The notes under the pieces: model-generated
What the model was told of the DNA's origin: nothing
Database searches by the model: none
The model's input: only the letters and a program-made list of their open reading frames with translations
In this document: in pieces, positions 10,501 through 23,039 of the stretch
Numbering within the stretch: the first letter of the stretch is position 1
Layout of the letters: each line of letters starts with the position of its first letter
NCBI GenBank assembly: GCA_014905635.1
Contig: JABVCE010000011.1
Location: 682,001 to 746,000 of the forward strand
Direction: 5' to 3'
Length of the DNA stretch: 64,000 nt
From: Scenedesmus sp. PABB004
Lineage: Eukaryota
Position numbers and translations under genes: made by a program

Positions 10501-13500
10501 GCAGTCCGTCTGCGGCGCGGCAGGGCGGCAGCAACACACGCGCGTGAGCTCAGGGCCGGCACGAGCGCTGGTTGTGCAGGCGCGCTGGCAGGCTGTCCTG
10601 CCAGCCGCAACAGCTCTCAGCCCCAGCAGCTCTCAGCCGCAGCAGCTGCCGACCGCAGCAGCACAATGCAGCTGCGCCCGGCCGCCACTCACGCAGCACG
10701 CCTGCTGGCTGGGGTTGGGGTTGGACGCCTGGCTTGGGTTGTACTTGGAGCCGGGGCTGCAGGCGTAGCGGCTGCCGTCTGCATAGTACTGCGCGCACGT
10801 GCGGGTGACCGTGACGGGCGCAACCACGGGGCCGTTGTTGTATGGGTTGACATCGTTGTCGGCAGACACACGCGCAGAGTTGTTCCAGCTGCCCACTGCA
10901 ACGGCCTTGACCGGCACCAGGTACGTGAGCTTGTCACCAGCGGCCACGCTGCTGGGACCACACGTGAGCACCTGCGCGCGTTGGGAGCAGCCTGCGTGCG
11001 CGAGCAGCGCGCGCCACGCCGTAAGCGCCGGCAGCCAGGTGGTTGGCGTCAGCAAGCTGCGCGCTGAGGGGTGGGGGGGGGGGGCAGCCGCGCGCGCCCA
11101 GCCGCTGCGCGGCCCAGCCAGCGGCTGGATTACAAGCCTGAGCCCCCCGCCCCACCCGACGCACCTGCTGGCAGGGGCGTGGCAAACGCAAGACCGGCCG
11201 GCAGCGTGTCGTTCACGATCACGCCCGTGGCGGTGCCGGCGCCCACGTTGGTGGCGGTGATGGTGTAGTTGACCTGGCCGCTGATCAGCACCGACGGCGA
11301 CGACACGCTCTTGGCGATCGACATGTCGGAGCCTTTGGAAGGCGTACTCTGTGGGCATCATGGTTGGGGCATTGAGCGCAAGAGGGCAGTTGTTGTAGTT
11401 GTTGGTGCACACATGGGGCAGTTGCACACATGTGTGCATGCTGCACTGCAGCGGCGTGCAAGCGGCCTACACGCAGCGCGGCAGGCTGCACAGCGCGGCA
11501 GGCTGCCACGCTGCGCGTGGGTCCCGATGTGCCCTCACACCTGAATGATAGTGACTGTTGCGTTGCTCTTGTTGTTGCCGGGATTGCGGTCGTTGGTCGC
11601 TGACACCTCTGCCTGGTTGGTGTAAGTCCCGACCCCGTTGCCTTTTACGCGGATGTTGACGTAGCGTGTCTCAGCGCGGCTCATTGAGCCAAGAGGGCAA
11701 GTGATGAGCGGGAACTGCACGGTGCAGCCCGTGTCTGCGACGCGGGCGGGCGGGCGACAAGCAAGGCCTCAGATCTGGAGCGCGCTGGCCGCCAGCACAG
11801 CCTGGGTCAGGCCACCCGGGCGGTGCGTGCGCGGTGCGTGCGCCTGCGGCAGCCCGTGTGACGGGCTGCCACACGGCCGCGCACCTGGTATGACCGCAAC
11901 CAGCTCGAGGCCGGCGGGCAGCGTGTCCTTGACCACAACGTTCTTGGCGCCCGCGAGGCCGTCCACCACGCGCACTGTCAACAGGAAGTTGAACTCCTGG
12001 CCCTGCACCGGGTCATAGCCGGGCCCTGTTTTGTAGATCGCGACGTCCGTGAGGTTTGTGGGGTTAATAGGCTGGTCCGAGCAATGGCCCGACAGCCCTG
12101 CACGCAGCAGCTTGGTTGTTTGGTGACAGTACGGCGCGCTCGCCGGGCAGGTGCAATTGATGGTGCCGCCGCAGCCGTCACTAAAGGTGCCGCACAGCTC
12201 AGCGTAAGTTGTGCATGACAGGCAGGCAACCTGCACGGTGCTGTTGGCCTGGTCGTTGCTCGGGTTGGTGTCGCCGGTCGCATTGACCGTGGCAACGTTG
12301 GTCCACGAGCCCGCGGCGGTGCCCTTGACGCGCACGCTGACAAACACCGTCTCCGCCAGCGACATGGCGCCGATGTTGCAGGTGATCGTGGCGCCCGAGG
12401 AGGAGCAGTTGCCCTTGTCGGGCTTGGCGGACACCAGCACTAGCCCCGGGGGCAGCGCGTCGGTGACGTTGACGTCGTTGGCGCCGCTGCTGCCCTTCTC
12501 CACGCGCACCGAGAGCGTGAAGTCAAACTCGGTACCGACCAGCTGCGGATCGGTGGGGCCGCTCTTGGCAATGGAGACGTCCAGGTCGCGGCTGGGGACA
12601 AAGGGGTTGTCGGAGCAAAAGCCTGGGTCCGAGTTGCCGCGCAGCAGGTCGGTCTGGTGGCAGTACGGCTTGTCGGGCGGGCACGTGCAGGTGATGATGG
12701 TGCCGCAGCCGTTGTCGTAGGAGCCGCACAGGTCGGGGAAGTCGTAGCACGTTTTGCAGTCCGTCTGCGGCGCGGCAGGGCGGCAGCAACACACGCGCGT
12801 GAGCTCAGGGCCGGCACGAGCGCTGGTTGTGCAGGCGCGCTGGCAGGCTGTCCTGCCAGCCGCAACAGCTCTCAGCCCCAGCAGCTCTCAGCCGCAGCAG
12901 CTGCCGACCGCAGCAGCACAATGCAGCTGCGCCCGGCCGCCACTCACGCAGCACGCCTGCTGGCTGGGGTTGGGGTTGGACGCCTGGCTTGGGTTGTACT
13001 TGGAGCCGGGGCTGCAGGCGTAGCGGCTGCCGTCTGCATAGTACTGCGCGCACGTGCGGGTGACCGTGACGGGCGCAACCACGGGGCCGTTGTTGTATGG
13101 GTTGACATCGTTGTCGGCAGACACACGCGCAGAGTTGTTCCAGCTGCCCACTGCAACGGCCTTGACCGGCACCAGGTACGTGAGCTTGTCACCAGCGGCC
13201 ACGCTGCTGGGACCACACGTGAGCACCTGCGCGCGTTGGGAGCAGCCTGCGTGCGCGAGCAGCGCGCGCCACGCCGTAAGCGCCGGCAGCCAGGTGGTTG
13301 GCGCCAGCAAGCTGCGCGCTGAGGGGTGGGGGGGGGGGGGGGGGCAGCCGCGCGCGCCCAGCCGCTGCGCGGCCCAGCCAGCGGCTGGATTACAAGCCTG
13401 AGCCCCCCGCCCCACCCGACGCACCTGCTGGCAGGGGCGTGGCAAACGCAAGACCGGCCGGCAGCGTGTCGTTCACGATCACGCCCGTGGCGGTGCCGGC

Positions 13501-16500
13501 GCCCACGTTGGTGGCGGTGATGGTGTAGTTGACCTGGCCGCTGATCAGCACCGACGGCGACGACACGCTCTTGGCGATCGACATGTCGGCATCATTGTCC
13601 TGCAAGTGCCGGAGGCAGCAGGTGCGTCAGAATCCAATGCGGTGCGGCCGCGAGCGGCGCCCGCGCGTGAGGCCCCAGCGCGCGAGGCTGCGCTCTGGGG
13701 GCGAGCGCCCGCACCCGAACAACCGTCACGCTGGCGCTCGACGTAGCCAGCGTGACGGTAGAGCCGTCGGTGGCGCTCACGGCAGCCGCGTTGTCGAAGG
13801 TGCCGACCCGTGCTGCCTTGGCGGTTACGGTGACGACCTTGGACTCGCCCAGCAGCATTGGGCCCAGCTCGCACGAAATGCTTGGGTAGTCCACGGTGCA
13901 GCCCGTGTCTGCGCGCGGCAGCAGTCGCGCCGCGCAAGCGCCGCGCCCGCGCCGGTTGGCGGCGGCGGCGGCGCGGCCGCCGCCTGCGCTGCCCACGCGC
14001 CCCGTCCGCCGCCGGGCGCTGCCCACCCGGCTTGACCTCCACCAGCTCCAGGCCGGTTGGCAGCGTGTCGACGAGCACGACCGAGGTGGCGCCCTTTGTG
14101 CCGCTCACAATCCAGACCCGCAGCGCAAAGTTGAACGCTTCGCCCACGATCTGGTCTGTCGCGGGGCCAGTCTTTTGGAGCGCAACACTGAGCTTGGTAA
14201 AGGGGTCGATCGAGCAATAGCCCGCCCGCCCCGGCGCCCGCTGGTGGCAGTACGGCGCGCTCGCCGGGCAGGTGCAATTGATGGGGCCGCCGCAGCCGTC
14301 ACTCAAGGTGCCGCACATCCCAGCCCAAAATGTGCATGACAGGCAGGCAACCTGCACGGTGCTGTTGGCCTGGTCGTTGCTCGGGTTGGTGTCGCCGGTC
14401 GCGTTGACCGTGGCGACGTTGGTCCACGAGCCCGCGGCGGTGCCCTTGACGCGCACGATGACAAACACCGTCTCCGCCAGCGACATGGCGCCGATGTTGC
14501 AGGTGATCGTGGCGCCCGAGGAGGAGCAGTTGCCCTTGTCGGGCTTGGCGGACACCAGCACTAGCTCCGCGGGCAGTGCGTCGGTGACGTTGACGTCGTT
14601 GGCGCCGCTGCTGCCCTTCTCCACGCGCACCGTGAGCGTGAAGTCAAACTCGGTACCGACCAGCTGCGGATCGGTGGGGCCGCTCTTGGCAATGGAGACG
14701 TCCACGTCGTCCGACTGCGGCGCGGCAGGGCGGCAGCAACACACGCGCGTGAGCTCAGGGCCGGCACGAGCGCTGGTTGTGCAGGCGCGCTAACAAGCTG
14801 TCCTGCCAGCCGCAGCAGCTCTCAGCCGCAGCAGCTCTCAGCCGCAGCAGCTGCAGACCGCAGCAGCACAATGCAGCTGCGCCCGGCCGCCACTCACGCA
14901 GCACGTCTGCTGGCTCGGGTTGGGGTTGGACGCCTGGCTTGGGTTGAACTTGGAGCCGGGGCTGCAAACAATGGGTGCCCCGTGCACCCAGTATGTTTTT
15001 TCATTAAAGTAGTACTGCGCGCACGTGCGGGTGACCAGTACCCTGCCCACAACTCCCTCCCAGCCAGCATAGATTGTGGTGCCTGCGCGCGGGGAGGCGG
15101 CATGCTTGCGCTCGTTGACCGCTGTGGCAGTGTCGTCTGCAACGACGCAGCTGTGCCCAACGGCTGGGCGCGTGCAAGGCCAAAAGCTGATAGCGCGCAA
15201 CGCGTCACGCGCACCATCAACAGCTGACAAGCCCACCGCAACACCGGGAGAGGGGTTACGGGTGCTCACGGTAGCAATATAGGTGCAGCTATCGGGCGTC
15301 GCCACAGGGCAGCGATACACGCCCCACCCGGCCATGGCGTAGATGTTGGAGGCGTCGTTGGGCATCTGGATTAACTGGCGAACACTTATCTCGAACTTGT
15401 TCCAACGGTCGCAGGAGTCGGGCTGGTCCAACCGGCACCTGGTAAGGGTGGCGTCAGCGGCGGGTGTAACAACGGGGGGTGCAGCAGAGCGGCGCGTCCG
15501 TCTAGCGCCTGAGCCCGACTGTGGCTGGCAGACGCCCCCCCCCCCTCTAGGGGGCCTCTCCCAGCATCAACGGGCTCACTTCCACATTTGGCCGCCTCCA
15601 AGGCCAGCAAACAACACTCCATTGGCGAGCAGCAGTGAGTAAATGGTGCTGCCCGCTTTGTTGAAACGTTGGCAGCTGTCGGGAGTGTTGGGGTCGCACC
15701 TGCGCGGCGGTTGGACGCGGTCAGCGTCACTACGGTGTGCGAGAGAGGAGCGTGTGCGCGCGCGCCGCACTTCCAGATCTGGCCTTCGTCTAGGCCAGCC
15801 CACAGCACGCCGTCGCCGTAGGCAAACGAAAAGATATCATTCTTATCTGCAGCCTTGTTCAGCCTTATGCAGCTGTTGGGCAGCGGATCCGACCCCCCCC
15901 TCCCCGCGTCGCACGACCACATGACCCCCCCCTCCCCGCGTCCTTGACTAGAGAGGCCTGCAGCGAGTGCAGCAACATAGGTGGTCAGCCGCGCGCGCGG
16001 CGGCCCGTCCCCAGCGGGCGCCCGCTGGCCCGGCCGGCGCGGCGCACCAGCCCGCACTGAGCGTGGCAACACGGCGCGCAGTGACGCGCTGCAGCAACGG
16101 GGTGCCTGCCCGTGGCTCACTGAAGCCGTGGCGGCTCACCAGCATAGATGCGGTTGTTCGCGAGCAGAAGGGAGGTGTAGATCGAGTTACGGTTGCACTG
16201 GTTGATGAGCTTGCAGCTGTTGGCTGACGTGGTGCTGCATACAACCTGGCCGAGCGAGCGTTGCGGCGCGACACGTGGCGGCGGTGTGCCGCATGCTCTT
16301 GGCGCGCGACGCGCGCAGAGCATGCGTCGCGCGGCCACACTCAAGAGCGCCGGCGCGCCGCCGGCGCGCCGCCCACCATGTCGTTCGCAGAGGTCGCGAT
16401 GATGAAGCCCTGGCGCAGGTACATCATGGGGCCGCCGCCTATACAAGGAGATTTGCCCGGGTTGTACTTTTGGCAGCCGAGGGTGTTGAAGACGGTGCAT

Positions 16501-16988
16501 GACTCGGGCTTGCCCTCTTCGCAACGCTTCATCACGCCCGTTGCCTTCATGACAAAGACAAAGCCATCGGCGGCCAGCATCGACTGAAGTTCATCATACA
16601 AGCCAGAGGCGGGGGTGTACAATACGTCGCAGTACAAGGTGGCGCAGCTGATTCCCCCGCCCTGCAGCGTGCTCCCTGCAAGCACGCTGCAGGCGCCGAA
16701 TGCCACGCACAACCCCAGCAGGCTGCTGGCAGTGGAGCAGGGCATGGCTGGCTGCTGGGCGTTGTCGCCGCGCGTGGCAACTGTGGGCGCCGCGTGCCGG
16801 AGCCCACGCATGGGGTCGCCGAGCGTCGCGGTCGCCCGAAGTGAAGCGACTGGTCGGCATCTCACTTTTTTCAGCGCTTTCGAGCTGGGGCCGCGGCGCA
16901 CGAGCCACAGCGCGCTGAATGTGTGCCCCGCAAGCCCGAGGTGGCAGCTGAGCAGCACGAGCAGGGACAGCAGCGATCGAGCCGCCAT
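7541..16988 (-). CDS. Large secreted multi-exon protein: signal peptide, beta-propeller-like repeats, 8 DUF11 Ig-like domains with Cys-rich linkers, 7 GACC repeats, C-terminal Cys-rich modules
   Basis: MAARSLLSLLVLLSCHLGLAG at 16988 (alternative in-frame MPCSTASSLLGLCVAF near 16745); DVSIAKSGP..FTL.V...GA..V.VTD.LP.GL and D.NP.NN DUF11 motifs; the splice junctions checked join in frame; single-gene model and start are inferred. Confidence 0.7.
8423..8944. repeat. Two near-perfect tandem copies of a 261-bp (87 aa) coding unit
   Basis: cacgcgcc(a/g)atgg anchors at 8423, 8684 and 8945; each unit encodes GACCVGQDC...GACCQPAQSKC. Confidence 0.95.
9960..15035. repeat. Intragenic super-repeat: 9960-11327 vs 12215-13587 (offset 2255-2260), partial third copy ~14230-15035
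   Basis: Identical ORF translations at offset 2255; introns included; poly-G of 12 nt (11073-11084) vs 17 nt (13328-13344). Confidence 0.95.
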
Positions 16989-17125
16989 CTGAGACTGCCA
17001 CCGGACGCCAGGTTGCGCCTCGCCGCTGGAGACGCTGTTTGAGCGCAAGTGCAGCTGGGGCGACGAGCGTGCTGCGTGAGCTGGCCAAGTGATGGCGTCG
17101 GCGCCAGGCAAGAGACGGGGACAGC

Positions 17126-17158
17126 GGTTTAGGTTTTAGGTTTAGGTTTTAGGTTTGG
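17126..17158 (+). repeat. Interstitial telomere-like tract (TTTAGG/TTTTAGG alternating)
   Basis: gg-tttagg-ttttagg-tttagg-ttttagg-tttgg. Confidence 0.8.
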
Positions 17159-17278
17159 CTGGTGTGTGGTGCCCCTGCTGGCGGCGGTCTGTCCCACGCC
17201 TGTTGCGTGAGGTACGGCGGGGTTTGCGCTGGTTTTTCCCCGCTGCCCCTGTGGCCCAATCGGGCCAGCGTGACGTGG

Positions 17279-20200
17279 TTAGTCAAGGTCAAGGTCAGTT
17301 ACACCACACGCTCGCCGGCCCGTCTCCGTGCGCGTGAGCAGCGCCCACACCGGCGCGCCCGGCGCGTCCGCGCCCGCGCGCTCCGCCGCCGCCGCGGTCG
17401 CGAGCACCGGCGCGGGGCGGAAGGCGTTGCGCGCGAGCTCCGCCTCGCTCAGCGCGTCCGCGCCCGGCTGCAGCGACAGCGCCGCCTGCAGCACCGCCGC
17501 GACGTGCTGCGGCTGCGCCATCGGCAGCCGCACCACGCCGGTGTGCAGCCTGCGCGCGGCGCGGCGGCGGCGGAAGCGGCGGCGGGCCGTCGGCCGCCGT
17601 GCACGACCAGGCTCGCGCGCGCACGCGCCGGACGCCGGACGCCGACCAACGACCGCGGTGCGACCCACCACTTCTTGCCGGTGAGGTCCACCAGACGCTC
17701 GACGTCGCCCGGGAAGGTCGCAGCGAGCTCCTGGGCGAGGCGCATCAGGTCCAGGTCGGCGTCGCCGCTCAGCTCAAAGCCCAGCGCGCGCGGCGCCGCG
17801 CCCGCCGCGGCGACAGCGCCGCCGCCGCGCGGGCTCGCTGCCGCGGCGGCGCCGGCGCCGCGCGGGCTCGCGGCGCCCGGGCCGTCGCCGTCGCCGCTGG
17901 CGCCGGCCTCGTCGTCGTCGCTGGCGCTGGAGTCGACCCCCAGGTCTGCGGCGGGCTCCTCCTCCCCCAGCGCCGCGAGCACGTCGAGGCCCGACAGGCC
18001 CGTCAGCCGCGCTGCCGCGGCGTCGCGGCGCGCGCGGCGCGCGGCCTTGCGCGCCGCCCGGCCGCGCCGCGCCGCTGCGTGGCCGCCGGGCCCCAGCAGC
18101 GCGGCGCGTCGCGCGCGCGCGGCAGCCCCGGCGGCGGCCTCGTCCTCCTCAATCGACTCAGCCAGCACCACCAGGTTGGCCAGCGCGGTCGGCAGCGCAT
18201 CGCCGACCGACTTGGCAGGCAGCACGCACATGAGCTGCCGCGACGACGGCGGCAGCGGCGGAGCGCGGGCGGAGCGGGCGGCAAGCACGCGAGCGTGCGA
18301 GCTCAGCGCCCGCCGTGGCGGCAGGGAGCGACGAGCGCGCGCGGCTGCGCCGGGCGGCGCCGCGCGCGCGCCGCACCTGCAGCAGCGGGCGCACCGGCCC
18401 GCCCGGCGGCGCCCACTCGTCCAGCTCGCAGGCGTGCGGGTCTACGAGGCCGCGGTGCAGCGGGATGGGCGCCACGCACACGCCCTTGGCCGCGGGGCCG
18501 GCCTTGGACCAGAGCTTGGTCTTGGCGAGGTCCTGGCGCCAGGTCCGGGCGGGGGGCGGGCCGGGCGGGGCGCGCGTCGGGCGCGGACTGGGCGCGTGCG
18601 AGTGAGCGAACGCGCGAGCGTCGGCGCCGGGGCCGGCGGCTGAGCTGACCTGTATGAGCGGAGCGTAGTGATGAGGGTAGCACCACGTCCAGCTCGCGCC
18701 GTCCGGCGCGCCGGCGCCCGCGCCGGCGATGCCGCCGCCGGGCCCGCCGCCGCCCGCGCCGCCCGCCGCGGACTGCCACTGCAGCGTCGCGGGGCCGCAG
18801 GCGTAGTAGCGGAACACCCAGTCCACGCCCTGGAGGCGTGGGGGCGTGGCGGGCGGCGGCGGCGGCGGCGGGCAGCCAGCTGTGTGTGCGCCGCGCCGAG
18901 GCACGCGTGGCGCGCAGAGCGCGCACAGGCCCACACGCGCCTGCAGGTAGTCGGCGCTCACGCGCGCCGCGACGCGGTCGACGTCGCCGCCCAGATCCTC
19001 CAGCAGGTCGGGGAAGCGCGCCTGCGCCGCGCGGCGGGCGCGCGCGGGCGCCGGCGGCGTGCGGCGCGCGGGGCGCCGGCGGCGGCCTCGGCCGCGCGGC
19101 GGCCTTGCGCCGGCGGCCGCGGCGCGCGCGGCCAGCCCCCGCACGCAGCGCCGGCGCTCGCCGCGCCCGTCCGGCACCAACAGCACAACGCAGGTCGCCC
19201 CCAGCAGCACAACACGGGTCCCCCCCCCCCACACACACACAAACACAGCCACAGCAACACACAACACACGCCGCGCCGCACCGTGTAGTAGCGGGCGCGG
19301 AAGCCTGGGAGCTCCATGCCCACCGGGTCCTGCGCCCACGGGTCGCCGCCCATCAGCCGCTCCTGCACGCGCGCGCCGACGCGGCCCGCGAGCTCCACGA
19401 GCAGCTCGCCCGGGCCCAGCGCGCGCAGGTCCACCGCCGGCGGCCCGTCGTCGCTGGCGGCGCGCGGCGCGCGAGCGGGGTCGACACGAGCGCGGGCGGC
19501 GGGCCGGAGGCGCGCGAGCGCGCGCGCGCGCCGCACCAGGGCAGGCCGAGCGCGGCCGCGAGGGCGGGGTCTGTGCCCGCGAGCAGCGCGTCGACGTCCA
19601 CCCCCGGCGGCAGCTCGCCCATCGACAGCCCGCCCGCAAAGAGCCCGTCAAACGCGCTGTGCGCCGCCGCCTCCTCGGCGCGGCGCTGCGCTGCGCGGCG
19701 CCGGCGGTTCTCCTGCGCGCCCGCGTCGGCGGCGGCGCGGTGCGCGTCGGGTGCGCGTGGGGCAACCGGGCTGCGGCGGGAGGCCCGCGCAGCATCCAGG
19801 GCGGCGCTGCGGCTGGTGCGGCTGGTGCGGCTGGTGCGGCGGCGGCGGAGGCGGCGGGCCACCGCACCGCGCGGCGGCGAAACGCGGGCTCCTCGTCGCG
19901 CGACAGGAACACGAGGAGCTGCACCAGGCGCCCCCGGTTCACCGCGCCGCCGCTCGTGAGGTGGCCGCCGAGCTTGGGCGCGAGCGCCTTGTAGGCCGCC
20001 CACAGCAGGTCCAGCCCGCTCGGCTGCGGCGCGTTCGGCCGCGCGTGTGCGCGCGCGCGTGGGGTGAAGGAGAGTGAGCAGCGCACTTGCGCGCGCGCCG
20101 CATGCGGCGTGGGCTCGAGCCGCTGCGCCGCGCCGCGCTGTGCGCGGCGTCGCCGCCGGTGCTCGCGCAATTCCATGCGGAAGACGCACCCTGTCGTAGA

Positions 20201-23039
20201 TGTCGATGGAGGGCACGTTGGGCAGGAAATCGTTGCCGGCCTGCGGGCGGAGGCGGGCGGAGGAGCACAGGGAGGGTCTCACCCGAGCTCAAGCGCGGAC
20301 GCGCGCGCCTGGTCCGCGATCACGCGAGCCGGCGCGGCCTGCGAGGCGCGCGCCCAGCACACACACGCAGCACACTCACGAAGAAGCTCAGCACGACCAG
20401 GTCGTCCAGCAGCTGCTCAAACGACAGGCCCGGCTTGCCGCGCTGCCGCGGCGGCCGGGGCGTGTCGGCGGCGGCGGCGGCGGCGCCGCCGCCGCCCGCG
20501 TCCGCGGGGCTGCTGCTGCTGCTGCTGCTCCCGCCGCCGCCACCGTTGGGGGCCGTGACGCCCTGCACAGTGCCAGGCGGCGTGGCCGGCGCGGGCGAGC
20601 CGGCGCCGTCGTCGCTGCTGGCGCCGTCTCGCGCGGCGCCTGCGGCCACCGAGGGCGGCCCAGGCGCGTCTGCGCCGCCGCTGCCGCCGCCGCTCGCGGC
20701 TGCGTCTGCAGCCGCGCCGGCGACCGCGCTCGCCGGCGCGGGGCTCGCCGCGAGGCGCAGCAGCGCCTCGTCGTCGTCTGACGACGCGTCCGAGCCGCCC
20801 GCCGCGGCCGCCGGCCCTCCGGCGCCGCCGGGGGGCCCGCGGCCGCCGCAAAGCTGTCGGGGTCGGGCGCGCCGCCGTCGGGCTCTGCGTCCACGGCGCC
20901 CCAGCCGCCGCCGCTGCCGCTACCGCTGCCGCTCTCGTCGTCGCCGCTCTCCTCGTCGCTGCCGTAGGTGCCGAGCGGCCCGGGGCGGCCGACCAGGTCA
21001 GAAAACTCCCACTGCAGGCACTCGCGCAGCAGGCCGATGTCGACCGCTTCAAACACGGGCATTTGCAGGTGGTCGCTCACGGCAAGGATGTGCCCCGCCG
21101 CCGCGGCTGCGGCCGCCGCGAGGTCGGGCAGCACCGCGCCGAGCGCGCCGCCGCCGCCCGCCTGGTCCTGCAGCGCCGCCGCGACCGCGCTCAGCGGGCG
21201 GCGCAGCGCCGCGGCCTGCTCCGCCGCGGCGCGCGACTCCCGCCCGCTCGCCTGGCGGCGCGCGGTGCGGCGCGGCGCGTGAGCGTGAGCGCTGGGCGGG
21301 CACAACCAGCGCGCGCGCGCGCCCCGCACGCGTTGGCAGCAACCGGCAGGCGCCGCCGCCGCCGCGCACCGCCGCGTCGCCGGCCATCATATCCTCCCGC
21401 ATGACGCGGAAGTGCGGCTCGTGGCAGAGCAGCGCGAGCAGCAGCAGGTCGGCGTCCTGCCCGTACACCACGTGCCGCGTGTTGGGGTCGTACCCCGGCT
21501 GGGCCTGGAGGCCGGCGGCGTGGCGGCCACGGGGGCGGCGGCGGCGCGGCGGCGGGGCCCGTCACGCCGGCCGGCCGGCCGCGCTCGGGCGCTGGAATCC
21601 AGTGCCCCACCGCCGCCGCCGCGCCCGCGCCCCGCCCAGCGCGCGCCTTGAGGTGGCGCAGCAGGCGCATGATCTTGTGCTCGCCCTCCCCCGGCTCGCT
21701 CGCGTCGCTCACGAGGAACGTGGTGGACGCAAAGCGCGCGTCGCGCGCCACCTGTGCGCGCAGAGCCGGCGGCGCGGCGCGGCGTCGGCGGCGCGGCGTG
21801 CGCGTGCGTGTGCGCGCGCGCCGCGCGCGGCGGCGCGCGCGGCGCGGCCTTGGGGTCCAGGCCGAGCGCGGCACGCGGCGGCGCGGGCGGGGGCGCGCCT
21901 TGTCTGCGGCCCACTTGTGCAGCCAGCGCGCAAGCAGCAGCATGAACTCGGTGCCCTTGGGGGCAGAGAGAGAGAGAGAGAGAGATCGATCGAGGAGGGG
22001 AAGAGAGGGGACGAGTGGGGTGAGCAAGGCGCCCCGGCGGCGCACGCGCGCAGGCTAGCGCGGCGCGGCGCCCGGCGGCGCGCGCGGGCCGGGGCGTGGC
22101 GCGCCGCGCTCTGCGCGGAGCGCTGGCGCACGCACCGGGGTGATTATGTTGCTGTCGAAGCGCTTCGCCTGCGGCACCTCCAGCGCGCCGCCCGCGTCGG
22201 CCACCATCTCGCGCCGCACGTCGCGCTCTGGCGGCGCGCGCGCCGCGGCGGCGGCGGCGGCGGCGCGGCGTCAGCCAACCGCGCGCCGGACGCGCCCGCC
22301 CTCTCAACCGCGTCCGCTGCCCAAGGCGGGCGGGCGGGCCCGGCGCGCACCGACGCGGTCTGTGACGCCGCCGACGTAGGCCGAGAGGAAGCGCCGCGTG
22401 CGCTGCTGGTTCATCTTGGCCCGCGGCGCGACGCCGTCCACGGCGATGAACACCAGACGCCTGCGCCGGCGCCGCGGCGCCGCGGCTCAGCCGCGCGCCC
22501 CTCCCCGGCCGCAGCCGCGGCGCCGGCCGGCCGCGCACGGCGCAGCGCGCGCCCTGTCATGCGCGCTGCGCACCGCGGCTGCACCGCGTCCAGCAGCGCC
22601 TCGAGGTACGCGGCCATGCCGCCAAACGTCTCCGCCTCGCTCAGCTCGGGGCGGTCCTTGGCGACGTGCGCGTGCGTGCAGGAATGGATGACGTGGTTTG
22701 CGTCGATGTAGAGGTTGTCCACGCCGCCGTCGCCGCCGTCGCCGCCGGCCGCGGCGTCGCGCGCCGCGCTGCGCCCGTCGACCGGGCGGCAGATCTGGGG
22801 GGAGCGCCGCCGCAGGAAGGCGAACAGGCCCGGCACCCTGCGCGCGGCGTGGAGCGGCGGGAGTGGCGGCGGTTGCGGCGCAGCGCGCGGCCGCGGCGGC
22901 GGCACGCGGCGCGCAGCAGCGGCGCCGGGCCGCGCCGGGCGCCGCGGCCACGTGCCGCAGCGGCGGTCCGCATGTCCCGCTCAAGCGCCGGCTGCTGCCC
23001 GGGACGCGGCGGGCCGAGCGCGCGGCGCACGCACCCCAT
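17279..23039 (-). CDS. XRN: XRN-family 5'-3' exoribonuclease, multi-exon
   Basis: [71 protein letters not shown] and [13 protein letters not shown] motifs; first coding exon is ATGGG (23039-23035). Confidence 0.93.
21965..21985 (+). repeat. (AG)n microsatellite in an XRN intron
   Basis: agagagagagagagagagaga; reads as the polypyrimidine tract on the minus strand. Confidence 0.9.

Noticed and set aside
11350..11540. AT-richer stretch that looks like an extra Cys-containing exon in the ORF track
   Set aside because: Frame analysis places it inside an intron (donor ~11539, CACAG acceptor before AGT ACG CCT TCC)
8423..15035. Regularly spaced repeats as a possible CRISPR array
   Set aside because: The units are long coding duplications with no short repeat/unique spacer structure and no cas genes
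7541..16988. Bacterial contamination explaining the DUF11 region
   Set aside because: It contains many spliceosomal introns of the same style as neighbouring genes and is contiguous with them
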